Shown: positions 18,610 through 28,545 of the stretch, in pieces
Numbering within the stretch: position 1 is the stretch's first letter
Layout of the letters: each line of letters begins with the position of its first letter
Origin: a virus
Strand: one strand, 5' to 3'
DNA: 64,000 nt
IMG/VR virus record: IMGVR_UViG_3300031918_000730
Coordinates: 15,875 to 79,874 of that record
Notes under the pieces: generated by a model
Told to the model about the DNA's origin: nothing
Database searches by the model: none
What the model saw: the letters and a program-made list of their open reading frames with translations, nothing else
Translations under genes and position numbers: made by a program

Positions 18610-19983
18610 ATGGTAGACGTAGAACAGCAGGTCATTGACCTCGCTAAGGTCGGAAAAACAGTAAATTATATCTCTGAACTGACCGGACTCACCAGAACTC
18701 AGATCGCAAATGTACTCATCGAGTATATCGGAGACACTGCAGTAACTGGAAACGGAGTATCTCTCACTCACTCAAGCCTTTCTATTGTTGAGGAAACTAA
18801 TCCTGACAAAAATAGTAGAGAATTGACTGTTAAGTATGCTGGCTCCCAAAAAACTCTAGAAGAGCTACTCGCCGAGTTGAAAATTGACAAGTCCATTTGG
18901 GAAGTGTCTACAGTAACCTACAACGAGTGGGATGGAATGCGCCCTAATGATCAGGGTGTGATCAAGCTCCATCAAATCAAAGTTAGCTTTAAGCGTATCA
19001 AGCTAATTGCAAACTATGAATTGCCAGCACCTATCAACATCACTGTCAAATCGTTCAATAACGGTAATGGTAGCAAGAAGAAGGCGTCTTCAGTTAAGAC
19101 TGCCGTCATTCTACCTGACATGCAGGTCGGTTTCAAGCGCAATCTGATCACAGGAGAACTAACTTCGCTACATGATAGGCAGGCAATGGATGTCGCCCTT
19201 CAAATTGCAAGGTATGTAAGGCCGGATCGTATCGTCCTGCTTGGAGATAATCTAGATCTCCCGCAGGAATCGAAATACCCCACCGGACCTGAGTTCTACT
19301 TCACCACTCAAGCCGCCGCAGTCGAACTAGCATGGTGGTTAGCTCAGTTGAGATCAATCGACCCTCATATCGAAATCGATTACATCTCAGGAAATCATGA
19401 TCTCAGGGCCGAGAAAGTCTTGATGCAGAATGCTATTTCCGCATATGGACTCAGAGCCGCAGACGATCTCAACGGACCCCCACTCCTCTCCATTCAGAAG
19501 CTACTAGGTCTTGACAAGCTCAATATCAAGTACCACCCTGAATACCCTAAGAGTAAGGTTGTTCTCAATGAGAACCTAGTTTGCATCCACGGAGAAATCG
19601 CAAAGGGTGAATCCGGGGCTACAGTTTCTGCAGTTGTGAAGGATACTAGAGTTTCTGTAATTCAGGGACACATCCATCGATACGAAGTCGCAACCAAGAC
19701 ACTGTGGAGCGCAGACGACAAGGCACACATGTATACAGCCGCCTCGTTCGGTTGCCTATGCAAGATCGATCCGGGTGTCGTTCCGGGCGTGAAGGCATAC
19801 CAGAACTGGCAACAGGGCCTAGGTATTGTCTACTACGAGGACACTGGAGTCCAGCAGTTCAGACAGGAGTTCATCCCTATCATTGAAGGTCGCGCAATCC
19901 TACAAAGTGAAATATTCAACGCAACTGAAGAGGATGAAATCATCAGTGCAATTGAATACGACACAGGGTTTAAGGTAAAGTAA
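18610..19983 (+). CDS. calcineurin-like metallophosphoesterase with N-terminal HTH; start revised to 18610
   Basis: PDMQ, GDNLD, GNHD, HGE, GHIHR motifs; N-terminal GKTVNYISELTGLTRTQI HTH. Confidence 0.85.
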   Translation: MVDVEQQVIDLAKVGKTVNYISELTGLTRTQIANVLIEYIGDTAVTGNGVSLTHSSLSIVEETNPDKNSRELTVKYAGSQKTLEELLAELKIDKSIWEVSTVTYNEWDGMRPNDQGVIKLHQIKVSFKRIKLIANYELPAPINITVKSFNNGNGSKKKASSVKTAVILPDMQVGFKRNLITGELTSLHDRQAMDVALQIARYVRPDRIVLLGDNLDLPQESKYPTGPEFYFTTQAAAVELAWWLAQLRSIDPHIEIDYISGNHDLRAEKVLMQNAISAYGLRAADDLNGPPLLSIQKLLGLDKLNIKYHPEYPKSKVVLNENLVCIHGEIAKGESGATVSAVVKDTRVSVIQGHIHRYEVATKTLWSADDKAHMYTAASFGCLCKIDPGVVPGVKAYQNWQQGLGIVYYEDTGVQQFRQEFIPIIEGRAILQSEIFNATEEDEIISAIEYDTGFKVK

Positions 19984-20321
19984 TGTTCGAACACGGATTT
20001 GGAGATCGTGAAGATCCTATTGAGCCTGTTCAGTGTAACGTCATCCCTCGCTGGAGGGATGACTTTGAACCTTCCGAAGAACTAATAGGGGTTTGTGGTG
20101 AAGGACTTACAAAAACTTCATATAAAGTAGTCGAGATTCTAAGGAAGTACATTTTCGAGTTGATGAGTAGAGAAATTCTACTAACCATTAAGCTCGACCT
20201 CGGTCAATACATTGGCGACCGTGAACTGGAAGTAGTATTCACAAAATATAGCAATGGAATATCAGTGAGCTACATCGAGGATAACGGCAAAAGATCCGAG
20301 ATTAAACTTGGAAGCACATAA
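19983..20321 (+). CDS. hypothetical protein
   Basis: 112 aa; translationally coupled to the previous gene. Confidence 0.6.
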   Translation: MFEHGFGDREDPIEPVQCNVIPRWRDDFEPSEELIGVCGEGLTKTSYKVVEILRKYIFELMSREILLTIKLDLGQYIGDRELEVVFTKYSNGISVSYIEDNGKRSEIKLGST

Positions 20322-20613
20322 TTTTCCATCAGAGACTGTAGAGGAAAAAGCATTCAGGGAATGCTTTTTTCGTTATATGACTGAAGTTGAAGGCTTCGTC
20401 TCGAATGACATGCGAAAAAACGAACTCGCGCTAAAGATTGCAATGGAGTACTATAAGGAGGGCTATACTAAGCGTGTAGTGGATATGGCCGAGTACATGT
20501 ATTACCGTACAAGTACAAACTACCAGAGTGCTACCATACAAGAGAAGAAGGTCGAGCCGCCTAAACCTAAGCGAGATAGACCCGGAAATCCATTTAGCAG
20601 ATACAGGATCTAA
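20308..20613 (+). CDS. hypothetical protein
   Basis: 101 aa; TTG start; coupled to gp46. Confidence 0.55.
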   Translation: MEAHNFPSETVEEKAFRECFFRYMTEVEGFVSNDMRKNELALKIAMEYYKEGYTKRVVDMAEYMYYRTSTNYQSATIQEKKVEPPKPKRDRPGNPFSRYRI

Positions 20614-22463
20614 TGTCACATACAGTCGTTTTCAAGAACTTAAGAGGGGCGAATTTCCTTAGATTTGGAAACGAGGAGTTCGTCTTTAATTTCTACGAAG
20701 GTGTCGTGGGGTTGATGGGCGAGAACGGACTTGGTAAGTCGGCCATTCTCGACGCAGTCTGCATCTGCTTGTTCAACGAAACATACAGGAAATCGACTCA
20801 ATCTGACTGGACTAATAACATCAATGGGTCTGGACTCTACCTCGGATTGACATTAGAGACACACGGTGCAACTGTAGACAAGTTCTATATTCTAAGGAAG
20901 CCAACATCAAGCAAGGCGCTTGATAAGTTGTCTATCTATAAGAACGATGTTCTATTGACTGGAATAACAAACTACCAAGAATATATCGAAAATACGATCC
21001 TCGGGTTCGGTGTTCATGTGTTCAAGAACGCAATCGCAGTGTCTGGAGGTACTCCATTTATCTCCATGACTCCAGAAGAGAAGCGCAAATTCTCAGACAG
21101 CTTGTTTTCCATTAAGCAGGTCAGAGAATACAAGAAGAGGTCGAGTGAAGCAGTCAGCGAGTTGAGTCTCAATAAGAGGATCATCGAACAGGAGATCGTT
21201 AGCGCACGTTCAAAGATTGCAGAGTATGAGAACGTACTCACCATGACCTCATCGAATGTAGACGATCAAATTGCCGGATTACTTGCTGAAGTTGAGAATA
21301 CTCAGAATGGAATCGACGAGTCTACTCGGATCATCTCCGAGTCGCAGATTCAACTAGATGCATATGGTGACTTGATTAACACCAAGAATTCTGAAATTGT
21401 GGCACTGCAGGCTAAGCTAGTTGAGCTTAATGCCAATGAAATCTACAAGGAAATTGCGAGAGTAAGCGCAAGTCTTGAACTATGCAGACGTGAATATCAG
21501 AAGGAAATTAACGAAAGTAATCGAATTGCACCTAATGTGGTCTGTAAGTCATGCGGAAATCACTATACAGAAGAGCAAGCCAGTGAACATAAGGCATTGC
21601 ATGTAGCTGAGGCCGCAACTGTAGGTGAAAGAGGCAAAGCACTAAAGGCTGAACTACTTGCATTGCAAGAGTCACTCCCTACCATTGAAAACGTCAAGGC
21701 GGCAATTGAGAAAATTAGATTCACTGAACTAGGCGAACTCAATAATGTAATATATTCGATAAAAGCTAATATCAATTTACACGCAAGTCGTGCTAATAAC
21801 CTAGAAACAGTTAAGTACAGGTATTCATCTCAGATCGAAACCCTTAGAGCTAAAGAAGACCAAAGTTCAATTAAGGTGTTTGCAGAGAATGCGATTAAAG
21901 AGGCTACTGCAATAATCGATACTAAGTCGGTTGTACTCGCAGAAAATGAGCGCAAGCTAAAAGCATATACCTACATCATCGAAATGTGCTCAGATAATGG
22001 AATAAAGCATTTGCTTCTTAAGGAGTTCATGCCTATTCTGAATCAGTTAATTGCGGCATACCTCGACAAGTTCGACCTGCCTATTACAGTGACATTTGAC
22101 GAATACTTCAACCACGCACTAAAAGCACCAAAGGGTCTTGGTCAGAAGCACTCCATGATGTCCAAGGGACAGCGGACTAGGATCAATCTAGCGATCCTGT
22201 TCGCAGTTTCTGACCTCATCAAGAAAATGGGAAATGTCAAGTGCAACCTACTCATGCTTGACGAGTTTGCAGACGAAGGCATCGACCCTAAGGGTTTTAG
22301 AGCCGCAGTCGAGTCTATCCGCAGGGTTGCCGACCGTGACAATAAGAGCATCGTCCTAGTAACCCACAAGCAGGAAGACTTTCTATACGATAATTTGAAT
22401 GCACTGTACGAACTGGAGCTAAGGAATTCGTTCAGTGTGCTCAAGGAAGTTAAATCTTTCTAG
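20613..22463 (+). CDS. gp46: recombination ATPase, T4 gp46/SbcC/Rad50-like
   Basis: GENGLGKS Walker A, CKSC hook, MSKGQ signature, LLMLDE Walker B. Confidence 0.93.
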   Translation: MSHTVVFKNLRGANFLRFGNEEFVFNFYEGVVGLMGENGLGKSAILDAVCICLFNETYRKSTQSDWTNNINGSGLYLGLTLETHGATVDKFYILRKPTSSKALDKLSIYKNDVLLTGITNYQEYIENTILGFGVHVFKNAIAVSGGTPFISMTPEEKRKFSDSLFSIKQVREYKKRSSEAVSELSLNKRIIEQEIVSARSKIAEYENVLTMTSSNVDDQIAGLLAEVENTQNGIDESTRIISESQIQLDAYGDLINTKNSEIVALQAKLVELNANEIYKEIARVSASLELCRREYQKEINESNRIAPNVVCKSCGNHYTEEQASEHKALHVAEAATVGERGKALKAELLALQESLPTIENVKAAIEKIRFTELGELNNVIYSIKANINLHASRANNLETVKYRYSSQIETLRAKEDQSSIKVFAENAIKEATAIIDTKSVVLAENERKLKAYTYIIEMCSDNGIKHLLLKEFMPILNQLIAAYLDKFDLPITVTFDEYFNHALKAPKGLGQKHSMMSKGQRTRINLAILFAVSDLIKKMGNVKCNLLMLDEFADEGIDPKGFRAAVESIRRVADRDNKSIVLVTHKQEDFLYDNLNALYELELRNSFSVLKEVKSF

Positions 22464-22465
22464 AC

Positions 22466-22471
22466 TAAATA
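22466..22471 (+). promoter_or_regulatory. late promoter (leadered)
   Basis: ACTAAATA followed by GAGGAGG SD and ATG 22487. Confidence 0.6.
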
Positions 22472-22486
22472 TTTGAGGAGGCATTA

Positions 22487-23479
22487 ATGAGGAATGAAGA
22501 TAGTTTTATTTCCGACCTGTTTAACCTATCTTCGTTTCAGTGGAATGCTGAACTAGCGAAAGAATTCAATTTTGACTTGGGTTCGCTAGTTCACGCCATA
22601 AACGACTATAATTACAACATACCTAGCGAAAAGACGATCCATAATTCAGGTCGATTGAATAAACAAGAGACTCTGAAGCAACCTGTAATAGTGAATCTAA
22701 TGAAGCACGGTGAGGGGCTTGAAGAGGCTCCTCTTATTACTGACCCTTCACAAATATCCAAACTGATCGCCACCATGAGACGGTCGGTTAATGGCGTGAT
22801 AGCTGACTACGGGAAGGGATTCCGTAGTTTTCTGATATTCGGGGTAGATTTCACTGAAGTTGAACTATCAGGTGTCATAATTGATGGGTGTGTTTTCAGT
22901 AATTGCACATTCAATCAATGCTTCATGACATCTGCACTAGTCAGTGGAAGTAAATTCATAGAATGTAGTTTCGAAAAGTGCGATTTCTCTAATAGTAACT
23001 GGAGTAAAGTCGGATTATTCGGGATCAATTTCATCGATTGTAATCTAGAAGGGTCGAATATATTCGACTGCGTTCAACACGCAACGTCTTATTATGGATG
23101 TGAGCTAGACGGAGCCACCATAGTTGCAGGAAGTCTCCATCGAGTCGACATTGAGTCATGCTCGATGAAAAAAGCAAATCTACTCAACCTCATATTCAGC
23201 GCGATGACCTTGATTAATAGTAATTTGAGAGGTTCTCAAATTGTAAATAATCGTTTCATAGGTGCTAAGTTTGAAATGCTACATTTAGATACTGCAGTAC
23301 AGTATTCTAATTCATTTGTAGGTTGCACCACATCTTCAGAGGTTCTTGATTTCTTTAGCGAAGGAGAGTATGAAGACGAAGATCAAGGCGAACAGGAATC
23401 TGAAGGTCCACTTGACGAACTAACAGACAGATCATTCGACGAAATAATGGGCGACGACGACGATGATGAACATGAATGA
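22487..23479 (+). CDS. pentapeptide-repeat protein
   Basis: Long run of 5-residue repeats (CVFSN CTFNQ...CSFEK CDFSN); acidic tail. Confidence 0.85.
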   Translation: MRNEDSFISDLFNLSSFQWNAELAKEFNFDLGSLVHAINDYNYNIPSEKTIHNSGRLNKQETLKQPVIVNLMKHGEGLEEAPLITDPSQISKLIATMRRSVNGVIADYGKGFRSFLIFGVDFTEVELSGVIIDGCVFSNCTFNQCFMTSALVSGSKFIECSFEKCDFSNSNWSKVGLFGINFIDCNLEGSNIFDCVQHATSYYGCELDGATIVAGSLHRVDIESCSMKKANLLNLIFSAMTLINSNLRGSQIVNNRFIGAKFEMLHLDTAVQYSNSFVGCTTSSEVLDFFSEGEYEDEDQGEQESEGPLDELTDRSFDEIMGDDDDDEHE

Positions 23480-23966
23480 GGTTGATCTATTCAACACAAT
23501 ATACACTGACGAGAATCCAGCAGACATATTCAGTGACGAAGATAGTCCATACCATGACTATCATTTGCGACTATGTGAGACTAAATCATATTGCAAAAGT
23601 ATAGTCTCGGCGATAAGGAATAAGACTAACAACTGGAACATGTCTATGGATCAGGAAGTTGGCAATACACTAATGGTATACTATGCTAGTTACTTCGAAA
23701 TGTTCGCAGAGGATGGACTTGTTGAGACTTTCTACGGCTTTTTCCCAATATACACTCAAGCCGTCCTATCAGATGCCACAGGTTACCTGTTCAAGGACTT
23801 AATTGGCGATACGTTTCTTCACTATTGCGCAAGATCCTTCAAATGTACCGACGCGCTCAACGAATTACATAGGGTCGCTATAGTCGATAATGACATGATC
23901 ATTAATCCATTAGACATGATGAATCTTCATAAGGTGACGGCTAGAGATATTCTGATGTTAGAATAA
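23463..23966 (+). CDS. hypothetical protein with a degenerate ankyrin-like motif
   Basis: GDTFLHYCAR and NLHKVTARDI resemble the ankyrin GxTPLHxAA and NxxGxTALDxA motifs. Confidence 0.5.
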   Translation: MMNMNEVDLFNTIYTDENPADIFSDEDSPYHDYHLRLCETKSYCKSIVSAIRNKTNNWNMSMDQEVGNTLMVYYASYFEMFAEDGLVETFYGFFPIYTQAVLSDATGYLFKDLIGDTFLHYCARSFKCTDALNELHRVAIVDNDMIINPLDMMNLHKVTARDILMLE

Positions 23967-23981
23967 TACTAGAGGTATACC

Positions 23982-24908
23982 ATGATTAAGAACGAATTTG
24001 ATGAAAATCCAGACGCATCACTTATTGATGAGGATTTGCTTTTTGAAGAAACACTGCGACGTAAGGTTGAAGCTAAAGCAAAAGGTCGTAAGGAGAAGAA
24101 GGAAGCCAATCCTAGATACTATCTCGACCCAGATGAATTGGAGTTGAATCTTAGAGGGCATGTGATCATGAGGGCAATTAACCCAGAGCATGTCATGAGT
24201 CGTAAGTTAGGAGATAACTTGATGATCCTCGTGGCTGAATATGCAGAGGGTGGTCAATTCAGATCATACTATAATGGATGGAAAGAGGAAATGAAGTCTA
24301 GGGCACATGAGCACATTTGTAGATACGCTCATGGCTACAAGATCAATTATGTCAAGACTCTAGAGTTCTTCATTCGCTGGCTTTTCCGGAAGAAGACATA
24401 TGCCCTGCAGGCTTGGCTTGCTGAACGAGGTATCTCATATGCCAAGTTCTACCTGAGCCTACTTGAGGTGAAAATAAAAACACCGAACGGTAAAGAAAAG
24501 ACCAAGATGGGAAGAAAGATCTTCGATCATGACTTCCATAAGCTGAACAATCCAGATGTACTTGCTGATCTTATTGATGATTCACTGAAAGGTAACGTAC
24601 CTGTAGGTGTGGTATTCAATGAAGAAACCTTCAAGGATGAGATTTTCGCTAGATGGCCAGAGAGTCTACAGAAGGACTTCAATGAGCAGGTGCGTAGAAA
24701 CCCGTTCAATTACCTGACGAAGTATGCGTACAATGCATTCATCGCGGTTATCAAGGAAGAAAAAGAGATCAGTGAGAAGAGTAGAAGTTTCGAAGAGGGC
24801 ATGAAATATAATCCTGATTCTTTCGACGAAGACAATCATGGTGGTGAGGACAGGTATACTCAACTCGATGAGAATCGAATAGATTGGGACATGAAGATGA
24901 CTGACTGA
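23982..24908 (+). CDS. gp55: late-transcription sigma factor (T4 gp55-like)
   Basis: FRSYYNGWKEEMKS and NPFNYLTKYAYNAFIAVIKEEK match gp55 blocks; TGTTAGAAT promoter at 23956-23964. Confidence 0.85.
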   Translation: MIKNEFDENPDASLIDEDLLFEETLRRKVEAKAKGRKEKKEANPRYYLDPDELELNLRGHVIMRAINPEHVMSRKLGDNLMILVAEYAEGGQFRSYYNGWKEEMKSRAHEHICRYAHGYKINYVKTLEFFIRWLFRKKTYALQAWLAERGISYAKFYLSLLEVKIKTPNGKEKTKMGRKIFDHDFHKLNNPDVLADLIDDSLKGNVPVGVVFNEETFKDEIFARWPESLQKDFNEQVRRNPFNYLTKYAYNAFIAVIKEEKEISEKSRSFEEGMKYNPDSFDEDNHGGEDRYTQLDENRIDWDMKMTD

Positions 24909-25561
24909 TGCTACTAGTACAGAAGAAAGATTATTCATATCATGAATTAACTTCGTCGCCTAGGGTTTTCATAGACTTAGATGGAACCCTAAGCGACTTC
25001 TTTAGGTACTTTGCTCAGATCAATTACTATGATATGCGAGATAAAGGTATTTCTATTTCGGAAATATCTCCAGAGTATTATAGGAAGAAGGCCGCAATAC
25101 GAAAGTATATCCACAAGAGGATGGCCAATCAGAAGATAGACTACTGGGCTAGAGTTCCTAAAACTAAGTGCTCCGATATTCTATGGAAAGGGCTTCGTCA
25201 ATTAAAGCCATATGTGTTTACTGGAGTAATATCAGGCGACACTACCATGGAAATGGGTAAATTGAAATGGTGTCGTAAAAGAAATCACCTAGGTTTTAAG
25301 AATGCAGACCTAGATCGACTACTCATCAATAAGGATAGAGTAGAATATGCCATGAATGGTAGATGTCCAAATATACTAATAGACGATGACACCGAAAACT
25401 GCAGGGCATGGGAGGAGGCAGGAGGCATCTCGTACTTCTACGTCGATAATCCAATCGTGGTTAATCGCATCGTCGAGGAGGTGCGTGACGACATCATCAG
25501 AAATGGTCACATCGATTTTCTATGGACTTGGGATAAGTCACTCGGCAGATACGTCTTCTAG
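24908..25561 (+). CDS. HAD-family 5'(3')-deoxyribonucleotidase-like
   Basis: FIDLDGTLSDF, GKLKWC, LIDD...NC..W...GG. Confidence 0.8.
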   Translation: MLLVQKKDYSYHELTSSPRVFIDLDGTLSDFFRYFAQINYYDMRDKGISISEISPEYYRKKAAIRKYIHKRMANQKIDYWARVPKTKCSDILWKGLRQLKPYVFTGVISGDTTMEMGKLKWCRKRNHLGFKNADLDRLLINKDRVEYAMNGRCPNILIDDDTENCRAWEEAGGISYFYVDNPIVVNRIVEEVRDDIIRNGHIDFLWTWDKSLGRYVF

Positions 25562-25575
25562 GTTATCATAGAAGT

Positions 25576-26673
25576 ATGAGTAAAATAGCAGTAGTAGGCG
25601 ATTTGCATCTTGGTGTCGCACCTAACAACTCAATGAAGTTTGACATCATTTTCGACTCCCAGAAGAAGTTCTTCATGGAGTGCTTCATACCAGAACTACG
25701 GGCGCGTGGAATTGACACTATCATTTTCACAGGTGACTTATATGATCAGCGCAGAAGAGTCGATACTCAGATAACGCAATTCATTGAAGGACTATTCGAG
25801 AATGAATTAGCTGACTTCAAGTGTATTGTGATTCAAGGTAACCATGACACTTACTATAAGGACGACCTCACCGTAACGTCTCTTTCTACTATTTGGTCGA
25901 AGAAGAACGTAACTGCTATTGTCAAGATCACCCCTATGACGATACATGGGAAGAAGTTCCTGTTCGTACCTTGGTTGACTACTGCACTAGAGGCTAGTTT
26001 TGTCAGTAATGCAGAAAAAGCAAAAGGTAAGTTCGAATACCTAGTAGGGCATTTCGAGACTATTGGATTTCAGTACGAAGCTGGTAGCATAAGCACATTA
26101 GGTCTTGACGCAGAAGTGCTTTACGGTAATTTCAAGCACACCATCTCAGGACATTTCCACACTCAGACATATAAGGAAGTCGACGGCAATAGCATTCACT
26201 ATGTGGGTACGCCTTTCCAGTTGACTTTTGGTGATGTAGGGGAAGTCAAGGGATTCAATATCATTGACGTGGAGACTAATGAGCGAGAATTCATTGAAAA
26301 TAAGTTCTCCAGTAAATTCATTCGTGAATATAGTAGAGAGGATTTAGCTAAGTATGAATCTTTCGAGAACTGCTTTGTTGAACTGAAATATCCGCAGGGT
26401 ACCACCGATGAGGAGCTATTCATTATCGAAAAAGAGGTGAATGCTAAAGGCCCTATCACCTATAAGGCGTATCTGAATGTTGGCGATACAATCGAAGACA
26501 TGATCTCCGAGCGTACTGACGTTGAGATCAAGGCATTCGAGGATATGACTGTTGCAATTCATAGTGAAAATATGATCTCAATGACAAAAGTGTTTATGGA
26601 AGCTAAGCCATACGATGACCCTGAAATGGTTATCGAATTAATAGAAGATATGAGAGCCAAAATCTCAGGCTAG
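25576..26673 (+). CDS. gp47: recombination nuclease, T4 gp47/SbcD/Mre11-like
   Basis: GDLHLG, GDLYD, GNHDTYYK, SGHFH, YVGTPFQLTFGD. Confidence 0.93.
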   Translation: MSKIAVVGDLHLGVAPNNSMKFDIIFDSQKKFFMECFIPELRARGIDTIIFTGDLYDQRRRVDTQITQFIEGLFENELADFKCIVIQGNHDTYYKDDLTVTSLSTIWSKKNVTAIVKITPMTIHGKKFLFVPWLTTALEASFVSNAEKAKGKFEYLVGHFETIGFQYEAGSISTLGLDAEVLYGNFKHTISGHFHTQTYKEVDGNSIHYVGTPFQLTFGDVGEVKGFNIIDVETNEREFIENKFSSKFIREYSREDLAKYESFENCFVELKYPQGTTDEELFIIEKEVNAKGPITYKAYLNVGDTIEDMISERTDVEIKAFEDMTVAIHSENMISMTKVFMEAKPYDDPEMVIELIEDMRAKISG

Positions 26674-26688
26674 TGTTACCATAATAGT

Positions 26689-28146
26689 ATGTCTAAGAAA
26701 CACAATTCGCCAAATAGCCAAAAAGCATCTTCGAAGAAGTCCGGCAAGAAGATTGCTCAGCTTCGGAAGGAGATTAGCGACCTCGAAAAGTCCCTGACTC
26801 CCGAGATGATCGAGAAGGTTAGTGCTCAGGTGATTGCATCGCAGAGCAACGCGCTCTACGGAGGCATTGCAAACACCGCAGAGAACTATCTGTCTAAGAC
26901 TGTGATGGTCAATCCGAACGCCCCTGAGGACACCCTACAGGCCAATGTGTCTGTCCCCACTGCCGCCGCCATCGGACCTGTTGCATTGGTCGAGAAGCCA
27001 TATGTCTACGGATACACTTCAGACTTTTCAGGGTCTGCACAGTTCCGTATGATCTTCCCCTTTAATGCAATCAACGCGCATTTCGGACATACTGGAAAGC
27101 TCCAGTGCATGGTGCAGAATCAGATTGTCACTCAAGAAGACATTCTTCCTTTCGTAAGGGCATTCTGGTTCAAGAATCCGTTCGAGAGCAACCGCTCGTA
27201 TGAGATTTACGTTTACAAGAAGTATCAGGAAAGGTATCAGTACAAGCTGATCGCCGAACTCGACGACTATGTATTCGAATATCCAGAGTGGCATCCACTC
27301 CATGGAAAGTTCACAATTGATGATGCACGCAACCTATTGGATAACCTGCGTAAGGTTGATGAAGTTGTGGTTTCTTCTGAGAATCTGAAGAGATTGCTTG
27401 TCGAGCTAGGAGTCAATACTCCAATTACTCTCATGCCAAATCTCCTTCCGAAGGCATACTACGGAACAGACATCAGCAAGCGTTACCGTTTGAAGGATAT
27501 TGCAAAGCCAACTATTCTATACAACGGAACAAACTACCACTACGGAAACTCCAACGGAGACTTCGACGGTCCTATCAAGGAATTCATCCTGAAGAACCTA
27601 GACAACTACAACTTCATCTTCATGGGTGTTGGTCGTAGATTGGATGGTTCCCTGACTCTCCCTGATTACTTGCAAGTTCCTGCAAAGGAAGGTCGCATCA
27701 AGATCATGCCGCACTATGCTCCGACTGAGTATCCATATGCTCTTCGTCAGTTGCGTCCTGATTTCGTCATCGCACCTCTCGCAGAATGCGCATTTAACGA
27801 AGCAAAGTCGGACCTTAGGTACCTAGAGTCTGCATCTACTGGAGCAATCTTCATTGGACAGTCCTTCGCAAACGGGAACAGTCCATATAAGTACTGCAGA
27901 AATGTCTTCGAAAAGGCATCCGACATTGAGGAAATCGTAAATCGCCTCCTCAATAAGGACACTTTCAACGAGGCACTCAAGTTACAGTACGAAGAGCTTA
28001 ATACCAGATGGCTCGACGACGTGAATAACCTCTTGAATATCGTCAAGATCTTCGGAGAGGGTTTGAACGGAGTCCAGTTGACACCTGAACATGAACAGTA
28101 TAATCAGTTCAAGAATAGGCTCGACGAAGACGGATTCTTCCGGTAA
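26689..28146 (+). CDS. GT-B fold glycosyltransferase
   Basis: GSAQFRMIFP, ELDDY, APLAECAFNEAKSDLRYLE; TGTTACCAT box 6 nt upstream. Confidence 0.75.
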   Translation: MSKKHNSPNSQKASSKKSGKKIAQLRKEISDLEKSLTPEMIEKVSAQVIASQSNALYGGIANTAENYLSKTVMVNPNAPEDTLQANVSVPTAAAIGPVALVEKPYVYGYTSDFSGSAQFRMIFPFNAINAHFGHTGKLQCMVQNQIVTQEDILPFVRAFWFKNPFESNRSYEIYVYKKYQERYQYKLIAELDDYVFEYPEWHPLHGKFTIDDARNLLDNLRKVDEVVVSSENLKRLLVELGVNTPITLMPNLLPKAYYGTDISKRYRLKDIAKPTILYNGTNYHYGNSNGDFDGPIKEFILKNLDNYNFIFMGVGRRLDGSLTLPDYLQVPAKEGRIKIMPHYAPTEYPYALRQLRPDFVIAPLAECAFNEAKSDLRYLESASTGAIFIGQSFANGNSPYKYCRNVFEKASDIEEIVNRLLNKDTFNEALKLQYEELNTRWLDDVNNLLNIVKIFGEGLNGVQLTPEHEQYNQFKNRLDEDGFFR

Positions 28147-28490
28147 TGAGGAAGTTAGACAAACCTCAATTCGACAAGGCGGCTCAGAAGACAATTTCTG
28201 ACGAAGCCGCCTTGTTAGAAAAGAGAATTTTATCTGACTTGGCTGAGATGATAACAGAAGCCCATACTCGATTAGTCGAGTCTGGGGTTTTTGATAAATT
28301 CAAGGCACATCTAGCTGGTAAGAAGCCCAGCGAATCCGACGTTAGGCACTTCAAGAAGCTGATTGAGCAGGCCGTTTTCGCAAACGATGCTCTTTTTAAG
28401 AAGTATTTCGACGTGATTGTTGAGCGCGACCCCGCAAATCGTGCTAACATCGGCTTCGAGTTTAGGGTAAAGCCGGACCTCTTCCGCTGA
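28146..28490 (+). CDS. hypothetical protein; C-terminus weakly resembles a tail-sheath C-terminal domain
   Basis: YFDVIVERDPANRANIGFEFRVKP. Confidence 0.55.
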   Translation: MRKLDKPQFDKAAQKTISDEAALLEKRILSDLAEMITEAHTRLVESGVFDKFKAHLAGKKPSESDVRHFKKLIEQAVFANDALFKKYFDVIVERDPANRANIGFEFRVKPDLFR

Positions 28491-28494
28491 CGGA

Positions 28495-28544
28495 CGTGAC
28501 TGCTACAATACGAGGGAGAGAATATCCCTCAGAAAGCAGTCACG
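28495..28544 (+). promoter_or_regulatory. extended -10 promoter inside a nested inverted repeat upstream of DNA polymerase
   Basis: CGTGACTGCT (28495-28504) pairs with AGCAGTCACG (28535-28544); inner GAGGGA/TCCCTC; TGCTACAAT at 28501-28509. Confidence 0.65.
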
Positions 28545-28545
28545 A

